Shown piece by piece: positions 13,411 through 26,514 of a stretch of 64,000 nt of DNA. A program made the translations under genes and the position numbers. The stretch comes from Vicugna vicugna (taxonomy: Eukaryota), in the NCBI GenBank assembly GCA_013265495.1, contig MU061579.1, forward strand, positions 544,872-608,871, in the 5' to 3' direction. The notes under the pieces were generated by a model. That model saw only the letters and a program-made list of their open reading frames with translations, did no database searches and was not told the DNA's origin. How positions within the stretch are numbered: the stretch's first letter is position 1; every line of letters starts with the position of its first letter.

Positions 13411-14059
13411 TCAATGAATACTAGATCTTATGTCGTGGAGAGAAAAACAATTGCCCATTGAATACATTGGTACCTCTACCTGGCTCTAGGCTTTCTTGGT
13501 CCAGTGGCTTTTTTTTTCTCATGAGCATGAGTCACGGGGATATTGTATTCTTCATGAGGCTAGCAAGTGCCATCAGCACCAGTTTTCAACTTCCCTGGGC
13601 AGTTGAAATCAAGCTGTAAGATGTTTGTCTTTCTAATAGAAAACAAGGTCATTTTCATTAAAACAAATGATATAAGTGCAGACAGATGTCACCAGCACTT
13701 TTACAAAGTTCCTATAACAATGGGGAATGGAAAAAGTAGAAACTCTCTCCTGGTGAACATTCTAAGGTGAATCCAGCAGTGCCTGGCCCCAGTGCATCTC
13801 TCCAAAGTTGATAGAACCCATCATGTTACCTGTTAACTATGGACTCTGTCTGAGATTACAAATGTGTACACGTAACAGTTACACTGTTGGTTTAAGACAT
13901 TTGCTGCACTCATTGTGATCATCTTTATCATCGCCATCAGCAGCAGCAGCATAACAATCATCATTAGAATGGTGTTAAAAATGTCTTAAATGTGGTGAAA
14001 AGAATAAAAATGGGTAGCACTTTGTTCCACCCTCTCAGGTGCTTATAATTTAGGTGGTT

Positions 14060-14430
14060 ATATAATAATAAGACCTAAAATGTATAACTCCAACCCAAAC
14101 TAGCTCCCTGTCTTCCAACTCTGCTATATATTTGCCTATTTAGCAATTCTGCTTGGCTCTGTAAAAGGCAATTCAGACTCTAAAAAGACAAAATCAAACT
14201 CTTAATCCTTTTCCATAACTCATTCCTGTTATTACAGTTTCCTATGTAAGTAGAGTTTCGAGCTAACAGAGTGTTCAGATCCAGAACCTTGGACAATCTT
14301 TTAATTTCTCTATTTTCACTATAATACACATTGAATCTGTAAGAAACTGCTATTACAGTTTCTTATAGAAACTCCAAGGTATATTTTACATCCATCTCCA
14401 CTACCAGTATCTTAGCCCAAGTCAACATCT
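14060..14430 (+). mobile_element. L2 fragment
   Basis: aaaatgtataactcc...ttgcctatttagcaattctgcttgg...aaaatcaaactcttaatc...ccatctccactacc...gcccaagtcaacatc. Confidence 0.55.
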
Positions 14431-14912
14431 TTATATAAAGTATGTAAATATCCATGGATTAGAATATATTTCCTTGACATTAGCATTTGTTTTATATTCA
14501 CAATACATGATCCACCTGAAATTTCAATCAAGAGGGCTTCAGAAGCAGCAGAGCCAACCAACAGAAAAAAAAAGTAACAAAATTAAAGGTCTAATCATGG
14601 TTTTACCTCTACTTTTTAACCGTGATTAAATGGTTTAATCAGTTAAAAAAAAATAAAAACTGTTTTGCCTAAATTACCCCTTTGTAAAATGTGTGTATCA
14701 CATTTGTACTATAGGACACTTTATTGTGATCTTTTTCTCCCCCTTGCTCTGGTATGTCAGATTAAAAAAATAAAAACTCACAGTGATTTTATCTTCCCAC
14801 TTTCCTTTTACAAAAGTCATTCTTTAAAGCACCTTGGAGGGACTGACTGGAGGGTGTGAAAGGAGGATTAAAAATTTCTTTCTACTTTGAAAGCCTCATT
14901 AGATGATCCTCC

Positions 14913-15902
14913 TGTTAGCAGTTGAAAGACTCCCCCTTAGAATGGAGATCTTACAAAAGGTGGGTTCTTGTCTGCTGACTGGAAAGAATTCATAGCTGAG
15001 GCACAGGGACAGAGTAATAGCTGCTTTATTTCTCAAAAGAGGAAAAGGAAGAAGCACTCAAGCAAGGAAAAAGGAAGAAAAGCCTTGAATGAGGAAAAGG
15101 CGTTCGAGCAGAGCTCCATCAGCCAAGATGGTCAGTAGAGACAGTTTGGCCTGGGTCAGGTCATGTGGACTTTTATGAAAGGCTTCTGCCATTATGTCCT
15201 CTTTCCCGATGTGATGAAGCCAGTCAGTCCTTGTATGGGCTTTTCCAGTGGGTTGTCATGGCAATCAACTGTCATGGTACTGGTGCGTGTGTCATTTATA
15301 ATGCTAATACATTACAGTGAGTGTATAATGAGGCTCAAGGTCCATAGGAAGTCAAACCCTCCACCATTTTGGGCTCTGTTGATTCTAACCAGTTCTTATT
15401 TCTTCTCATTGCACCTGACTCCTGAGACTTAGATAAGAGTCATTGGTTTCTAGGAGAGGAAGGGACAGGGTTATGTATGGTCCTGGGGACAATATCCTTG
15501 GTAACAGAAAGGAAAATTGCTTTTACTCAGAATGCTTGCAATCTGGTGGACCCAATGTTCACCCCAATAAACCGTCTCTGATGATTCTGCTCAGTCATAA
15601 ACAAGAGGCAAGGGTTGGCAAGGTGGGGGAGGGGCTTAGTTCCTGCAGAAGAACTTAAAGATAATGTTATGTATATTCCTCAAGGAGGAACCAGGACTCT
15701 GCCACAGGTCTACACTACTTCTTCTCTGCTCCCCCCCTTGTCTCTGCATTCCCTCCCTTCCCTGATTAGCAACTGTTTGAATCTACCCTTTGGAACTCAA
15801 GGAAGGTCAAGGAGACTGCAGGAAGCCTATATATTTCAAAAAAGAAATGGGGACAGAAAGAATTTGTACCAGGGAGGGCCCACAGGGTCCAGCTTACTTT
15901 CA
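14913..15902 (-). mobile_element. ERV1-type solo LTR (990 bp) with 4-bp TSD
   Basis: TG...CA termini; CTCC at both 14909-14912 and 15903-15906; tttatt (minus-strand AATAAA) at ~15025; second copy of the family at 58947-59740. Confidence 0.88.
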
Positions 15903-16984
15903 CTCCAGCTAGATGCTTTGAGAAGAAGCCAGTGAAAAATAACAAAAGTGGGAGAACTGAGCATTGAAGCCTTTCTAAGCTACTGTACTGAATGATACTT
16001 TTCCCAAAATATGAATTCCTGATTCCCACTTATACACATGAGATGAGGGATGGCAGACTTTTTATACTAAGCTTCTTGTCTTGCAAACAGAATCATTGAT
16101 CCATTGTGAAAGAGTCTACAGTCAGACAGTAGGTCTCCTGGGAAGACATCCCAGTTCTTTACCCTGGAAAATGTCATCTGATAGTATGTGGAGGGACAGT
16201 TTGGCAGCATTTTGCAACCAAAGTATATCAAGGATGGTGATCATCATGGACCAGTTCTCATTCTTTAGAGACACAATTTCATTCAGTTGGAGAAAGAGTC
16301 CAATGATAACTAATACTGGACTTCTCATCAAACCTGGTTAAGTGGAAACTGAACCTAATATTTAAATAAAATAAAATAAAACACTTTTATTAGTTGAATC
16401 AATAAAAATAATTATCAGTGCTGAATTTATGCCAGGATCCCTAGCAAACATAGCGGTATCAATAAGATATAATGAATAAAAACATAAGTAGGCCCTATCC
16501 TTATGAAATTTATACACTGATAATTTCTCAGGTGGACTTTTATCCAATGTACCTAACTCCCCAAATACTGAATTTGTTATTCTACATTTATTTAATCAAT
16601 AAGCAACTATTTTCCTACCTGATATTTTCAATAATTACTTCAGTAACTTTTCTCAATCAATCCAAATCTGTCACTTCGATTTCAAGATTATCCATTACCT
16701 GTCTTTTAATTTCACTCATTTTTAAATCCTAATTGCTACTATAATAAAGAATTTGTTTCCATCCTCAGTGTTTTCATCCTAGTTGAGAAGGCAGTTTTGT
16801 AATATGCTTTGGTAATTTATGCCCTTCATAAAAACTCATTTCAATCTGCCAGCATTTATCAATTATCTACCAAGAACAGTCCAGTCTGTGGACTTCTCTT
16901 TGGTATTTAATCAATTTTTTTTCAATTTTTTTGATTGGTTGATTTCTGGCATTATAATAGAATAAAAATTCTTGAGTGCCTCTT

Positions 16985-17430
16985 ACAGATTATTGCAGCA
17001 ATGCCCCCAACTTATCCCAGGCACTCCCGAGCCACATTTTAGGGAACCGTCCCCACACTGATTCTGGGCTTGACAAGTAACTTTGCTGGACTAACGAGAC
17101 AGTAGCGAAACTGATGAAAGCTTGGAAAGAGATTTCTCATTGGTGTTGTGAACAAGGCCAAACTAGATTCCTTGAATATGAGAGGCCACAGTGAGTCAAA
17201 CTAAGGCCCCTCAGCTGACTGTCGGCTACCCCTCGCTGAGCTGGCAACCATGTGCAGATCCAAGATGGAGACCCAGGCAAGATCAGCTGATCCTGGCCCA
17301 GATCAACCAAACCGTGTTGTTGGGCCAGGCTAGCTTGTTAATTCTCTGAACAATAAGCTAAACGAATGTTATTTTCTTAAACCACTAGATTTTAGGGTGA
17401 TTTATTATGCTACAAAGTGAACAAACACAG
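16985..17430 (+). mobile_element. MaLR LTR (MLT1F/G-like)
   Basis: ccccacactgattctgggcttg, gagaggccac and terminal ttaaaccactagattttagggtgatttattatgc...aacaca. Confidence 0.7.
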
Positions 17431-18956
17431 AAACCAACAATTTAAGTATGTAGATAATACTCAACTATGCTAGTTCTCTACTCTCATAAATTTCTTGTGG
17501 AAATTAAATTACTACAAGGTTTACCACGTCCAGAGCCTTGAAGCTTCAAATATAATCTGATATAGTTCACATTAAAATACAACAGACTTTGAATATTCTA
17601 ATACATGATTGTTTAAATAAAATGGAGCCTAAATAAAAATCGTATATGTTTAACCTTTTATGATTATGAAATATTTTTTCAGATCTGAATGACATTTTTA
17701 GAAAGAGTTTTTTTTTATTATTTGTCTTTGTACTCTTAAAATAATATGAAGACATTACAAGTAATGTTGAAATAGTTTGTAGTTTTGCCTCTTTAATTAC
17801 TTAAACTCGATCTTTCCCATGGTACTACATTAGGTTACGTGTGTGTGCTTTTTAATATATTTGAGAAGAGTTTGAAAAAGCTTAGAAGTAAATCTTAGGG
17901 TGATTTCAGCTCTTACGCCCTCCAAATAAATCCCAAATACCACTAATATCTTAGAAACTTTGTTTTATTTTTCTATTTTAGAAACTAAGCAAAATTATAA
18001 TCCTTTAACAACTTCCCAAGTCTCTTGAAAATATTCCAAAATATATAGGAAACTTAAAATAACTCTAGCCAATAAACTGAGAGTGGAATTTGGCCTCTTT
18101 GCCTCTCCAGAATGGGTTTAACTCTTTCCAGTATGCACAAGGCATATTAATACATGCAAATGCCCAATAAAGGCCTGGCTATTTGGAACCACATACTCTA
18201 TTTTAGGATAGCTTTAAAAAAATTCTTGGTTTTCTTGATTTCCAAAACAAATTGTCTTAAGGTTACTTAGTATTGGTATTTAATTATATGTAATAAATGT
18301 TGTGAGTTTTGTTTTTGAGAATGAGTAAATTTCAAACAATAAGTAATGTATTTCACTTAAAGGATAAATACATTCCAAAACACTGTCAATCTAATGTTCT
18401 AATTAACTAGAACTCATTGCGATTGCAAACTCTTTGGCTGTTGGCCAGAGTTTTAAAATTCTACACCAGTTTTCACAGCACTGTATTATGAAAATCTTGT
18501 GTATTCAAGCAATTGTTTTGCTTTTACTAGCCCGCATTTCTGAGAACTTTTCTTAACCTTGAATTCAGTAAACCAATACAGACGTTTTTAATTTTATAAT
18601 TTTAAAATTTTATAAATATTTTTATAAAAATGGTTTGAATTCATAACAGTGGATGTGAGGTTTTAATAATAACCCTGGCAATGCTAAATATACAGAGTCC
18701 TTTAGCATTTTTAGGTGATATATCTTCCTTGGAAAGTTACTTAAGGATTTTCTTTTACAGAAAATCATATAGGCTGCACTCTCCTGAGTTATAATTGCTA
18801 AAGACAAAATGTAAGTGGGTTTTGTGTATCTGTTCACATCATAATCTATGAGAGCTATTGGTAAGAAATTCATTATAGAGATTGTGAGCTAGATAGTTTG
18901 TAGGAAGAGTTCAAGATCCCTGCCCTGTAGTTAGTTATCAGTGTAGGAGACATATA

Positions 18957-19508
18957 TGTTATGTAGTTAGATAAGTGGGGGCACTGGGCAGATGAAGTGG
19001 AAAAGAGGGAGAAAGGTCCAGAAGATGGCTTTATGCCCACCTTCTGCAGAAAGGGGCTTTGCTTCCTCTAAATGAGTGCCAGCAAGAAACAGGTTAGAAC
19101 CTGACAGCTGCACCTGCGCGGTAGTGACAAGGACCTAACTGGACATGACCCTATGCTCATGGTAACATAATTAGCATTAGGGTTTAGGTTCCCTCCCATG
19201 GGTTTTTCTGTGTGCATAATGGGTAAGGACATGTGCAGAAGGGGACTAGCATGACTGAGCACTCCAGGGGCAAGAGCCAACGATCAAGGGGCCACCTCTA
19301 AGCACAGGTGTAAGAGAAGTGGCAAACAAAGACCACTGCTATCTGCCCTTGAATCAGCCTGCCTCCTGTACTTAGAGGTGTACTTTCCCTTTGCTAAATA
19401 AAGCCCTTGAAATCTTTCGCTTTACAACACTTCTGTCTTCTGTCTGAATTCTTATCTTTCAGGTATGGCAAGAACTGGGGTCTTTTCCCTTCCCCTTTTA
19501 GGGTAACC
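18957..19508 (+). mobile_element. ERV1-type solo LTR with TATA TSD
   Basis: Starts TGTTATGTAGTTAGATAAG; AATAAA at ~19397; ends GGGTAACC (terminal CA apparently mutated to CC); TATA at both 18953-18956 and 19509-19512. Confidence 0.8.
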
Positions 19509-19567
19509 TATATATATATATATATATATATGGGTATATATATATATATACCCATATATATATATAT
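19509..19567. repeat. Interrupted (TA)n microsatellite containing a 50-bp perfect palindrome
   Basis: (TA)n-TGGG-(TA)8-CCCA-(TA)n; 19518-19567 is its own reverse complement. Confidence 0.92.
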
Positions 19568-19659
19568 GTCAAAATGAATATGCTAGCACATTTATATGTA
19601 AAATATTCCACTTGTTCTTAGACTTTCTCTTTGACCATCAAAGTAACAATTGATATTTA

Positions 19660-19830
19660 AGTATTACATGCCAAGTGTGCTAAGTGCTTTATACCTTTAT
19701 TTACCCAATACATTTATTAAGTGAGTTCTATCATTATTACCATTTTACACTTGGTGCCCGAGGCAGCAAAGCTAGTACTGTCTGGATCATTAGTCAAACA
19801 CTGGTTGTCTAACACAAAAAGCATACTCTT
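19660..19830 (-). mobile_element. MIR SINE (degraded)
   Basis: atgccaagtgtgctaagtgctttata...tatcattattaccattttaca. Confidence 0.55.
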
Positions 19831-21619
19831 TATCCAAGTGAAATTTGTAGAGATACAGTGAAATATTCATTCAAAAACTTCCTATAGTGTCCAACTACTT
19901 GAGTGAATTTATACTACTGCAGATTTTAAACTGCATTTGGCTTAAAATGATGCAGAGATGGAAAAAAAGGCAACGAGCAGATAATGAGGCCATGATTCTG
20001 TCATTTGTTCAAGCTGATAAATTATTTGCCACTTCTGCCGGCATTTTTTTTTAAATTGGCTTGGCAAAAGAATTAGTATAAAGTCTGAATGTTTAATTTT
20101 CCTGAATTGTCCATCAAATCTGGTAGGTTCAATCTGTCCTGTATCGAGAGAGGCCATCCACAGGCAAAATAATTGTTATTTTCTATTACTCATTTTTATA
20201 AAATAATCAAGTATGCCAAGGGTAGAAAAGTACATACTTTTCATTCATTTTGTAAAAGAAGATTAGGAGGAAGGATTCATGAGCATTTCAGGAGTAATTG
20301 AGAGGGGCAAAGCACAGATTTGATTTCTCTACCAGTAAGGCTTTTTAGGTAAAACAGGATTTTAGAAGTTTTCAGTAACATAATGGTGATGATAGCTGTA
20401 AAGGCAAAGTTAGAGAAGAGGGGACATTTCACAGCTGGGGCAAAATGATCTGGTATTGTTGAGTATCATTCTGTGTGATGCTTTGAAGTTCAGCCTGCTT
20501 TAGTTTGTAATATAATCAAGCAGGAAGGCATTGTTGATCTTTAATTAAAAGTGTGTCACAAGCAACTTAACACAATGATGTAACTTAAGTAACTTTTACA
20601 CTGGTGCTAACCACAATTATTAATATGGGGAAAACTGCCAAAAGAGGCAAAAATACAAAGAGAAATCTTTTGTCTTGTTTTTGTTTTCATATAATGATCT
20701 GAACACATTCTCTGTGTAATTTAAGTATAAATAAAAGCTATAAAACTCCTTTAGGATGTTTTGGTAGATTTCTTCAAAGTCCCCCAAAATTCATTCTTTA
20801 AAGTCAGTTACTCTTCAAAGAGTCCGTTTTCTAACTTGAAACATCTATGGTAATGCTGTGGATTATTTTTAGTCGATTCTAACTCATGTTATTTTTGAGA
20901 ACATAAGGAAAGTTTATTGTGTGATAAAATTGGAAATCACAGGATGTGTATTATGTCAGAAAGTGATGGCAGATAAATGTCTGATAAGAATACCTATTAT
21001 GAAGAGAGATGAAACTGAAACATAATAGACAAGAGCCATTTTAAGAAAATAAATTACATCTTATTCTACATTCTCATGTTCTTTCTCTTTGCCGCAGATA
21101 TTATATGCTCTATTTCTGTTCATAAATGTTATTTAATGCAGTATAAAGGTTCACATTTGCTATTCCATATTTTTTTGCATCATAGCACAATATTAACTGA
21201 AGACTGCCTACTGATAGGAGAGCATGTTCATTGAATTTTTCAAGCAATTTCATTTTCTTTCAGAGATGTGCAAAAAGAAGGCAAAGATTTAGAGAGCCTT
21301 ATTTGTCATTAGTTCACTTGTCACTGATAAAGATGACACTATCTAGGAGCTATTGCAGATTGCAGATCATGACCTACTTTGTGATTCCAATTTAACCCTT
21401 AGGGTGAATTGGTTAACTCTTATCAACTAGGACCTAAAAGTCAATTTCAAACTGATGAAACTGATATGTAGTTGTGATAATTCCAGAAATACAGAGCTGG
21501 AAAATTCTGGAATGAATTTATAACTAAGCATCTGGATTCAGTCCCCTGTCACTAATTTTAATAATGAAACTTGCAGATTCAGTTTAAAAGATATGTATAT
21601 ATACTTTTTTTGTTGTCAC

Positions 21620-21780
21620 ATCCTTGTCCTTTTAACAGATTCTCATAGGACCTGGTGCTTACCTAACCTAAGATTTGTCAAGTTGTACTGTTGTTGCCTG
21701 TTTATTTGTCTGTCTCTCCTACTAGACCGATGTGCTTGGAGGGACTTCATCAGTCACAATTGTTGTGAAATGAAAGGAAG
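21620..21780 (+). mobile_element. L2 3' end running into a GGAA-rich tract
   Basis: tgtttatttgtctgtctctcctactagaccgatgtgcttggaggga...ttgttgtgaaatgaa followed by ggaaggaagg. Confidence 0.5.
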
Positions 21781-23364
21781 GAAGGAAGGTAGGAAGGAGT
21801 GGAAGAAAATAGGGAGGATGAAAAGAAAAGACAATGAAAATAGAGATGAGCCTCAAGAAGAATGAATCAAAGTCTAATTCTTAAAATATGTAAAGAAAAG
21901 GAGCAGGCAGCTTTCGGTGAGGAAATCTAGTATTAATCATTTGTACACAGGTGTTTATGAAGGGTAAGTAAGTGTTCATAGTAAGAAATATGCAATGCTG
22001 GTAAATGAAAGCAGCTGTAATGAAAGATGGATTTGGGGATGGTTGATTGTTGACACAAGATTAATGATGATGGTGGTGGTGGTGGTGGTGATAGAAAAGA
22101 AGAAATTTAAATAACAGCTTTGAATTTAGGGTAGGAAATTTCTGTCAGTAAAGTTTTACGAAACTTCCAAAAAACTCTTTAATCTTTTAGAAATATATTG
22201 TAAAATCTGCCCTAAGTGTAATAAATTAATTCATACTAGGAGAACTTGGAGACCAAGACTCTTATGTTTGTGACTGTTTTGAAGTGCTACAATGTGCTTT
22301 ATATATAGGGAGAGATTTCGAAGATTATTGAACCCAAAAATCAGAAAATAAAACATTTCAACAGCCTTTAAAAAATCAAAACCTGGGGAACACACTCTCT
22401 CTACATAAGCACACACCTTATTAACATACCCTTAGGTATTTACTATATATACATATATATATAAAATATATATACTTTAAGTAAATATATATAAAAGATA
22501 TCTTTCCTCCCCATTTGAATAAGAGCATTAATTCTACAGAGAAGTACTCAAGGCCACCAACTAAATATAATGAGAGGAAAATATACTACGATCTTGTTAA
22601 TGAGTATGTCAAAACATACTCCTATAAGCTGTCACTCAACTAATTTTCTTACTAGCTATCAGCAGATTGGGGCTTGTCAAGACTTGGGTAAAACAATGAA
22701 AATCAAGGAATTTTAAAGTGCATATAAAGTCTGTTAAAATATTTTTTCTTTATTTCCTTTTATATCACGCCATTGTAATCCATTTCTTAGAAGAATTTGC
22801 AAGCTAGTATGCTTTTTACACATATTTAAAGACAAAAATAAGTCTTCACTAGATCAGCTCCACCTAAGAAGTGCAAACTTGCTCTCATCTTTCGTCATAC
22901 AACAAAATCTTTTATTTTTTTTTTGGTAACAGCAATCTTTCATCATTACTTTTTGTTAAGATTATGCACATTTAATTAAAAGAATTGTTTTGAATTTCAG
23001 CCTTTTTTAAAGTAAGACTCCATTTCCGGTTACATCAGTTGGAATAGGAATCTTAAAGCACAGTCTTCCTAGTAAGATGATGGTTGCTCAGGGACCAGCA
23101 GCATCTTTTGTTCTTCTTGACTTTCAAAGCAATTCAGGCCCACAGTTCTTCTGATACCTTGGCTGAAATCATCTTTTTTTTTTTTTTTTTTTGCAGTAGA
23201 TAAAAAACATCTGAAATGACCTCAATGCATTCTCATCTCCAAGGAAAAATTCTTTTACACCATGACAAATTTTTCTGGGGCACGAGAAACTCAACACAGC
23301 AAAAATATAAATTGTTTTGCCTTCTGAACCTAGTATAAACAAATATGGGTCAATATGAGGCAGT

Positions 23365-23603
23365 GCAATATAATAGTTAACAGCACAGAGTGTGTGATTA
23401 CACCGCCTTGGCAGGATTACTGATTCCACCACTACTTAGATGCGTGATCTGAGGCAAGTTACTCAGCCTCTCTCTGCCTCATTTTTTTCCATCTAGTTCT
23501 TCTGGTTGTCATGAACATTAAGGAAGTCAGTATACATTAAATGAGTTAATATTTGGAACAGTCCCTGGGACCTAAGAAACTTTCAGTATGTGTTTGCTAT
23601 TAT
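23365..23603 (+). mobile_element. MIR SINE
   Basis: Core ccactacttagatgcgtgatctgaggcaagttactcagcctctctctgcctcattttttt...ttaaatgagttaata...gctattatt. Confidence 0.8.
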
Positions 23604-24539
23604 TTAAATACAGAGATTTTTGTTATACAGTATTGGTGATAGACCATTTTTAAACTTCTAGTGTTAGCTGAATTTGGGTGCTGAATAACTATTAGTTCCT
23701 TTTTCACTCTTCCACTCTTTGCTTCATAGAAAATATACAAGTTAATGGATATGAAATCTATTTTGCAATGGCTTGTCTCTCTGAAATAACTGTATTACAA
23801 TGACCCCTCAGCAATTGATCAGACAGGCTTATAAATATTAATTAACTATCATTTCTGTGCTAGATTTTAAAACATGAATATTTTCAATTTGTTTACATGC
23901 ACAATTTGGGGGCAATACACAGCAAATAATTTGCTTATATTGGTATAAAAATATTTAATTCTGGAGAATTAATAATAAAATAGACCCAAGTTGTATATGT
24001 AGACATGATTGTGTGTGAGGCACTCTTAAGACGGTTACAAGCACAGTGAAGCTGCAATAAATCACCCCCAAAATGTTAAATTCCTCAGAGAGAGGAATTT
24101 CTCTCGCTGTAAAGTTGCTCTTTTCTTATGGCTTGGAATTCCCAAAGAAGACTATTCTAGGGTCCAGCTGGGGAAGGTCACATTCATAAATCATGGATTT
24201 CCAATTCATACTCTCTCAGGAAACAAGATCATTTAACTTGGAAAGAAAACTGCACCACAACTAGTAGTTTTCAGTTAAAATTTCCTTCAGCTTCTGCAGC
24301 ATTTGAAACCCAAATAAAACCTAAAGAGCAACCCATTTGAGAATGAAAGTGACAGATGAATGTAAGGAGATGAAAAGATGGAACTGGGGCAGAAGGAGGT
24401 CAAATAACCTTAATTGATCCATTCAACCCACTTTCTTTCCTTTTATTTATTTTTTTATGGCAGCCAATATCTGTAATCCTTAGTCATGTTGAGACACTTT
24501 TCTAGTACTTTTTATTCTTTAATAATAACATCGTAGATA

Positions 24540-24672
24540 CAGCAGGCCTTCTGTATCCTCAGGTTTGCATCTGCAGTTATTGGAGGAGGGGGTGGTCCAA
24601 CTGTACTATGCCATTTTGTATAAAGAACTTGAGTATCTGCTGATTTTAGTATGGGAGGGTCCTGGAACCATT
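24540..24672. mobile_element. Tigger-derived MITE fragment (MER2/Tigger3-like)
   Basis: TA then cagcaggccttctgtatcctcaggtttgcatctgcag...ttttgtataaagaacttgagtatctgctgattttagtatgggagggtcctggaacca, resembling the recalled MER2/Tigger3 ends. Confidence 0.7.
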
Positions 24673-24979
24673 GCTTCATTATCTGAAACAATAAACATGC
24701 ATTTCCTTTTAGTTAATTCTAAAGCATATTAATCCCTTGACTTTTAAAATATCTTCAGAACAAAAACTAAATAACAAGATTCCACATCATGCTTTGTCCT
24801 CTGTAAGTTGACCAATCAATCTATTATACCTATTAATAAGGCCGTCAGTAAAGTCCCTTTGAACTTGGGATGTAGTAAGGGTAGCTCACGTCGCATATTT
24901 ACAAACGTGCATTGAAATCTAGTATTTTAAAGACTCCGTAAACAGTATTCACTTAGTAAATTCTCACAATGTTCTTACT

Positions 24980-25170
24980 ACGTCGCAATCTAAGTGATAA
25001 GTATGTTATTAACATAGCTCATTTATTCCTCAATCTTTTTATATGATTAAAATTTTATTATCTTCATTTAATAAATGAGGAAAGCAAAATACTTGAAGAT
25101 TAAGGACTTTGCCTAAGTCCTTAATTGAATAATATTCAGAACTTGGCAGTTTGACTCGTTTATACTCTTA
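24980..25170 (-). mobile_element. MIR SINE
   Basis: ctcatttattcctca...tattatcttcatttaataaatgaggaaagc...gattaaggactttgcctaag. Confidence 0.65.
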
Positions 25171-25810
25171 AGGTGCTAGCATGCTGCTTCTCCGTCAGCA
25201 ACAGCAGAACTGCATGACGCTGTCCTTGAAACTAATCTTGGGGGTTGTTCCTTATTGTGATTTTATATTTAATTGTTTTTAAAGAGGTCTGTATTAACCA
25301 GGATAAGAATCACATCTGTCTTTGTCTTTGAGTCATTAGTGCTTAACCTGGTATCTGGTAAATGGTTGGTGTCATATAATTACTTATTTATTAAATGAAT
25401 AATTTAACAAGAAGAAATGAATGAATAATTCTGAAAAGCTAATTATTCAGTTTTCTGAAACATGACTTATAATAGGGAACTCATAATTCAAAAGTCAATC
25501 AATTTCCAAAAAAAATAATCAATATTGCTAACTGTGACAATATAACCCTTCATCTTTTACATTTGGCTACTTTTCTTGCTTCACACTATTTCTCTCTTAC
25601 TACTCAGATAATTTAGTTTATCTTCAATTACTACTGCTCAGGTCTACCTTATTTTTATTTTTATACCCAGTCTTGGCCCCATTAGAAATATTTGAATCAG
25701 TATTCAAGAAAGTAGAATGAGAGTAAGACATGGGAAAGTTGGGACTAATGTAATAGACTATTTCCTTTTCAAGTATCCAATCTTATCTTACAGTAAAATA
25801 TGTTCCCCAT

Positions 25811-26149
25811 TGCTGTGGTCTGAACTTTCCCCCAAAATTCGTATGTTGACTTCTAGCCCCCAATGATGATGGTTTTAGGAGGTGGGGCATTTGGGAGGTG
25901 ATTAAGTCATGAAGGTAGAGCCCTTATGAGTGGGGCTAGTGTTCTTCTCAAAGAGACCCAACAGACTTGCTGGCCCTTTACACCATGTGCAGACACAGGG
26001 AGAAACTCAGTCTGTGAGCCAGGAGGGAGCCCTCACCAGAAGCTGACAATGCTAGCACCCTGACTTTGAAATTCCACCTCTCCAGAGTTGTGAGAAATCA
26101 ATTTCTCAGTCTGTAGTATTTTGTTACAGCAACCAGAATGACTAAGATG
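25811..26149 (+). mobile_element. MaLR solo LTR (MLT1A-like)
   Basis: tgctgtggtctgaac..cccccaaaattcgtatgttga...ggaggtggggcatttgggaggtgattaagtcatga...ttttgttacagcaaccagaatgactaagat. Confidence 0.88.
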
Positions 26150-26423
26150 ATCACATATTATATAATATATTAACTACACAAATATATATTTACACATCTC
26201 ATTCCCTCATTCATTCATTCAACAAGTGTTTTTTTCTTTAAATACTAAGATATACTGGAGATATAGTATAGTCAGCACAATAACAAAAAAAAATCTGCCC
26301 TTTTAAAGCTGATATAGAAGAGAATAAAAGTTTGTAAAACCTAAAATGACAATATAATAATTTTTTAAAAAACTATATATATCAATCTAAGACATAATTT
26401 AGTTTATTTTTAGAGAGTATTTA

Positions 26424-26510
<87 letters not shown>
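26424..26510. repeat. Compound microsatellite (TAG)11(TAA)18
   Basis: Read directly; both blocks uninterrupted. Confidence 0.97.

Positions 26511-26514
<4 letters not shown>

Noticed and set aside
15040..15115. Degenerate ~20-bp purine-rich repeats as an array or CRISPR-like structure
   Set aside because: Internal LTR feature also present at ~59070-59150; no identical repeats with unique spacers, and the DNA is mammalian.
21060..21420. Acceptor-like sites (ctttgccgcag, ttttcttttcag) as coding exons
   Set aside because: No suitably placed donor and no recognisable peptide; such tracts are common in AT-rich DNA.
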